This document shows positions 60,824 to 64,000 of a stretch of DNA of 64,000 nt, piece after piece. This DNA comes from Nanobdellota archaeon. GTDB lineage: Archaea; Nanobdellota; Nanobdellia; Woesearchaeales; GW2011-AR4. The stretch covers positions 1 through 64,000 of the forward strand of contig JBBSWH010000004.1 of the NCBI GenBank assembly GCA_038046385.1, in the 5' to 3' direction. The position numbers and the translations under genes were made by a program. The notes beneath the pieces are model-generated. The model searched no databases. It was not told the origin of the DNA and was given only the letters and a program-made list of their open reading frames with translations. How positions within the stretch are numbered: the first letter of the stretch is position 1; each line of letters begins with the position of its first letter.

Positions 60824-61471
60824 TTATGATTTCTTCAAACTGTCAAGAAGTCTCTTGGCAGCAGCGGCCCTGTCCTTGTCTCCAAAAATGTAAGCGCCTG
60901 CTACAAACACATTCGCGCCTGCATCCTTCGAAATTGCTGCAGTAATATGATTGATTCCGCCGTCCACTTCAATGTCAATCTTAGGATTTAATTTTCTAAG
61001 TTCTCTGACTTTGTCCATCATCTCTGAAATAAAAGATTGTCCGCCCCATCCTGGCTCTACGGTCATCACAAGCACCATGTCAACATGGTCAAGATATTTC
61101 TTGATAGAATCAACAGAAGTTTTTGGTTTTATTGAAATCGCAGCCTTTACATTTTTGCTCTTGATATAAGAAATCTGCTTCATAGGATCATTGCATCCTT
61201 CAACATGGATTGTGATTGAAGCAGCGCCCGCATCAATAAACCCCTGTATGTATGAATTTGATGGCTCGTGCACCATGAGATGAACATCAAGCGGAACTTT
61301 TGTTTTTATCTTGGAAACAAATGCAGCATCAATTGTTGTTGGCGGAACAAATATGCCGTCCATTATGTCAACATGAATCAAATCAGAATATTCCTCAACC
61401 TGTTTTATCTCGCTGTTTATCTTTATCTTGTCAGCAGACAATATCGAAGGCGCTAGTTTTATCTTTGGCAT
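60824..61471 (-). CDS. rpe: Ribulose-phosphate 3-epimerase
   Basis: APSILSAD, HVDIMDG, DVHLM, MTVEPGWGGQ, VDGGI. Confidence 0.96.
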   Translation of the reverse strand: MPKIKLAPSILSADKIKINSEIKQVEEYSDLIHVDIMDGIFVPPTTIDAAFVSKIKTKVPLDVHLMVHEPSNSYIQGFIDAGAASITIHVEGCNDPMKQISYIKSKNVKAAISIKPKTSVDSIKKYLDHVDMVLVMTVEPGWGGQSFISEMMDKVRELRKLNPKIDIEVDGGINHITAAISKDAGANVFVAGAYIFGDKDRAAAAKRLLDSLKKS

Positions 61472-61578
61472 TTTTAATTGTTGATTTTATTTGATGTTTT
61501 TATTTTGATTTAGTTATTAATTTTTATTATTTAATGTTATTTGTTAATGAGTTTTATTTTATTGGATCATATTTTTAT

Positions 61579-61637
61579 TTTCCCGTTCGGCTTCGCCTCA
61601 CAATAGTTACGCTCGCTGGCACCATAACCAGCTCGCC
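61579..61637 (-). repeat. ~55-nt structured element (putative pseudoknot + hairpin), copy 2
   Basis: Reverse complement GGCGAGCTGGTTATGGTGCCAGCGAGCGTAAC... matches 33151-33203. Confidence 0.75.
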
Positions 61638-61669
61638 AATTATTTATAATAATAGATAATCGGTATAAT

Positions 61670-62128
61670 TTATATTTCTTTTGAAAACAACTCTTTCATC
61701 AGCTTAAGAGCAATCTCTCTCTTCTTTGGAAAGGCAGCAACGCTTATTCTCATATGGAAGCAGCTTCCGGAATCTGTAATCATGATTTTTCTTTCATTTA
61801 TCCATGTTTCCTTGTCTATCCTTAAAAAGAAATGCAAACCTGAATCCAATCTTGACTCAAGCTGCGAAATTATCATTGACTTGTCAACATCTTTTATTTT
61901 AGAAACCAATGAAAAAAGAAGATCATTCACGAGCTTTTGCCTGTCGAGATTGACTTCCAAAATCTCTATTTTATTTTCACTAACACCTTCTGCATTTGTC
62001 TTCTCAACCTTGACCTTGCTCTTTTCAAGGTTAAAAGGAAACAATTCAAGAAAGGCATTAAAATTAGATTCTTTATTTTCGTTCTCGTGAGAAAAAACAG
62101 ATATTTTTACGTTGTGAGCGTATTTCAT
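61670..62128 (-). CDS. DUF54/COG1325-like predicted RNA-binding protein
   Basis: VFSHENE..FFLRIDK; context typical of the exosome superoperon. Confidence 0.7.
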   Translation of the reverse strand: MKYAHNVKISVFSHENENKESNFNAFLELFPFNLEKSKVKVEKTNAEGVSENKIEILEVNLDRQKLVNDLLFSLVSKIKDVDKSMIISQLESRLDSGLHFFLRIDKETWINERKIMITDSGSCFHMRISVAAFPKKREIALKLMKELFSKEI

Positions 62129-62134
62129 ATAAGG

Positions 62135-62389
62135 TTAATTGAACTTTTCAAGCATGCTGATTATGTTCCACAATTGTGTTCTTGTGTAGGATTGTAAATT
62201 AACATCGTTTGCAAGCTCATCAAGCTCGCTTAAAGCGCGGCTGACCTTTATCTGGATTTCAGTTTCTTCTTTCATTGCAGTTATAACAACCTGCACCTTT
62301 GCCCTTACATTTCTAGGAACAGTCGAGTCTTCCTGTAGCTCATTCAGGTTGTGGATGATTGCGTCAACTTCAATTATTTGTTCTGCCAT
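62135..62389 (-). CDS. UPF0147 family protein
   Basis: EDSTVPRNVR..LDELANDVNLQSYTRTQLWNIISMLE. Confidence 0.85.
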   Translation of the reverse strand: MAEQIIEVDAIIHNLNELQEDSTVPRNVRAKVQVVITAMKEETEIQIKVSRALSELDELANDVNLQSYTRTQLWNIISMLEKFN

Positions 62390-62391
62390 GT

Positions 62392-62724
62392 TTACTCTTT
62401 CTTCATGTGCTTCATAATCTCGCCCTGAAGTGCAGATGCTTTTTCTCTTATCTGGGTTTCCTGCTTTTCTATGGATTTCATCCTTAATTCAAGCACTTCT
62501 TTTTTTGACTCTAAATCGGCTTTTAATTCGTCTTTGTCGGCTTCAACCATTATGTTGCCAACGATCTTATAAGATTTATCGGTAGTTTCAAGCTCATTCA
62601 AAGCAGACTCAATCTCAACAAACTGCATCTGGAACTGCTGTTTCTGCCCAAGAAAACTCTGCAGGCTTTGCTCAAACATCTGAAGCTGCCCTATCTTCTG
62701 CTCTGTATCTTGTGAGACTTCCAT
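62392..62724 (-). CDS. pfdB: Prefoldin beta subunit
   Basis: ALNELE..YKIVGNIMV; coiled coils. Confidence 0.92.
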   Translation of the reverse strand: MEVSQDTEQKIGQLQMFEQSLQSFLGQKQQFQMQFVEIESALNELETTDKSYKIVGNIMVEADKDELKADLESKKEVLELRMKSIEKQETQIREKASALQGEIMKHMKKE

Positions 62725-62752
62725 TTTTAGTTATAAATAAAATAAGTTCTGT

Positions 62753-62890
62753 TTATTTGGACTTTACTTTTGTCCCTACGCCCCTTGGCTTGAAAAGTAT
62801 TTTGCTTCCGCAGTACGGGCATCTTATTCTTTTTCTGAGATAATCTGTTGCAACCTTCTTGTTGCAATCAAAACATTTGTATTCTGCCAT
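62753..62890 (-). CDS. rpoP: RNA polymerase subunit P (Rpo12)
   Basis: MAEYKCFDCNKK..IRCPYCGSKILFKPR; follows rpl37ae; not in the ORF track. Confidence 0.92.
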   Translation of the reverse strand: MAEYKCFDCNKKVATDYLRKRIRCPYCGSKILFKPRGVGTKVKSK

Positions 62891-63202
62891 TTATTCCGCC
62901 TCTGTGCTTTCTTCTTCCTGTTCTGTTGTTTCCTCTTCAACAGGCTTCTCTTCCATTACTTCTTTTTCTTTCACCACTATCTTCTTTGTGACAGAATAAG
63001 CCTTTCCTGTGAACTTTGCTTCGCACTTCCTGCAGTGCCATATCCCTACGGCTATTCTCTTTACAGTGACATTGTTGCAGTATGGGCATTTGTGCTTTTT
63101 TCTCTGCTCAGCCTCTATTTTAGAAAATTGCAATTTTGGTTTTCTTCCGTACCTTGCTCCAAATCTTTTTACAGATCCTAGATTTCCTTCTGTTTTTGCC
63201 AT
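62891..63202 (-). CDS. rpl37ae: 50S ribosomal protein L37Ae with acidic tail
   Basis: RFGARYG, CPYC, GIWHCRKC. Confidence 0.95.
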   Translation of the reverse strand: MAKTEGNLGSVKRFGARYGRKPKLQFSKIEAEQRKKHKCPYCNNVTVKRIAVGIWHCRKCEAKFTGKAYSVTKKIVVKEKEVMEEKPVEEETTEQEEESTEAE

Positions 63203-63224
63203 TTTGTTGTTAAATATTTTTGAA

Positions 63225-63381
63225 TGGGGCTGCCCGGACTTTCATAGCGTCTTACATCGTTCCGCATGATTGAAAATCATGCATTGCATGCTTTTCCCAA
63301 GGGTTTTTGCAAAACGCTTTTTTGAACCGGGGTCTTCTGGTCCCAAACCAGAAAGGATGTTCCAAGCTACCCTACAGCCCC
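63225..63381 (-). tRNA. tRNA-Pro(UGG) with an 82-nt T-loop intron (59/60; 63239-63320)
   Basis: GGGGCTG acceptor, TCTGG-TTTGGGA-CCAGA; BHB TTCA/TGAA splicing restores TTCAAAT. Confidence 0.88.
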
Positions 63382-63536
63382 AGTGAGCAGCTATTATCAA
63401 AGCTTAAGGGAAAGTTTTGGCTTTTTAAATGTATCTGTATCTTTGAATGTATTGGCTGCTGTTGTGCAGACATATTTAGGTACATCTACTCTAAAATAGT
63501 AAAAGTTATATTCAGGATGCCCAATCAGAGTATAAA

Positions 63537-64000
63537 ATGATGGATTTTATTAAAAAAATCTTCCAAAAGGAAGAAGAACCGCAAGAAAAGCAGTTGATTA
63601 ACCTTCAGCTTGCAGAACTGGAAGCCTGGCTCAATGAGCGCTCAAAACCATTGATGGAAGAGGCAATGCAGCATGCAAAAGATATTTTTATGAAAGTTGA
63701 TGAAGAGCTGCAGAGAACAAGGTTCAACATAGAAGTGCTGGAAAATGCAAGCCTGCAGAATCCAAACATACCATTCAAAGCAAAGCAGTACATGGAAGGC
63801 AACAGAAAAGCGTACATAAAGGCAATAAACTCTTTCCTTGGCAGGATGGAAGTTAACAACAGGGATTATTACTATCTTCTTGAGTTCTGCAAAGAATTTG
63901 AAAAGCTCATAGAAGAGCTTAACACAGGCACATTGAGGAGCTATATGATTCTTCAAGAATTTTTTGCAAATGAATCCGGCAAAATAGCCAAAAACCTGAA
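63537..64000 (+). CDS. Hypothetical coiled-coil protein (runs off the window)
   Basis: MMDFIKKIFQKEEEPQEKQ..LENASLQNPNIPFKAKQYMEGNRKAY, open to the end of the window. Confidence 0.75.
   Translation, partial: MMDFIKKIFQKEEEPQEKQLINLQLAELEAWLNERSKPLMEEAMQHAKDIFMKVDEELQRTRFNIEVLENASLQNPNIPFKAKQYMEGNRKAYIKAINSFLGRMEVNNRDYYYLLEFCKEFEKLIEELNTGTLRSYMILQEFFANESGKIAKNL

Overview
This is a 64 kb archaeal chromosome segment. Split RpoB''/B' and RpoA'/A'', TATA boxes about 25 nt upstream of start codons, and the gene set suggest a DPANN, probably Woesearchaeota-like, host (inference). It holds core information-processing genes (RNA polymerase operon, rps12/rps7, dnaG, rio1, topo VI, DNA ligase, topA, nurA, rpl37ae, rpoP, pfdB), a bacterial-type folate/purine cluster (glyA-folD-purN-purH), two MNT-HEPN pairs, several surface proteins and six tRNA genes, all of which contain introns. 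The most striking unexplained structure is a conserved ~190-200 bp cassette present in three copies. It consists of an upstream box, a TATA box, a ~90-nt stem-loop and a second hairpin next to the ribosome-binding site, and each copy sits directly upstream of a different free-standing HTH + nuclease-fold gene (two LAGLIDADG, one 4xHTH-Mrr-like). Two more repeated structured non-coding elements are present: a 163/164-bp element with 12-bp terminal inverted repeats flanking the RNAP operon, and a ~55-nt putative pseudoknot. Other oddities are an intact PAS-GGDEF gene, a secreted somatomedin-B microprotein, a Hel308 lacking its first RecA domain, and rpoA'' placed before rpoA'. All product calls come from motif recognition by eye; no searches were run.
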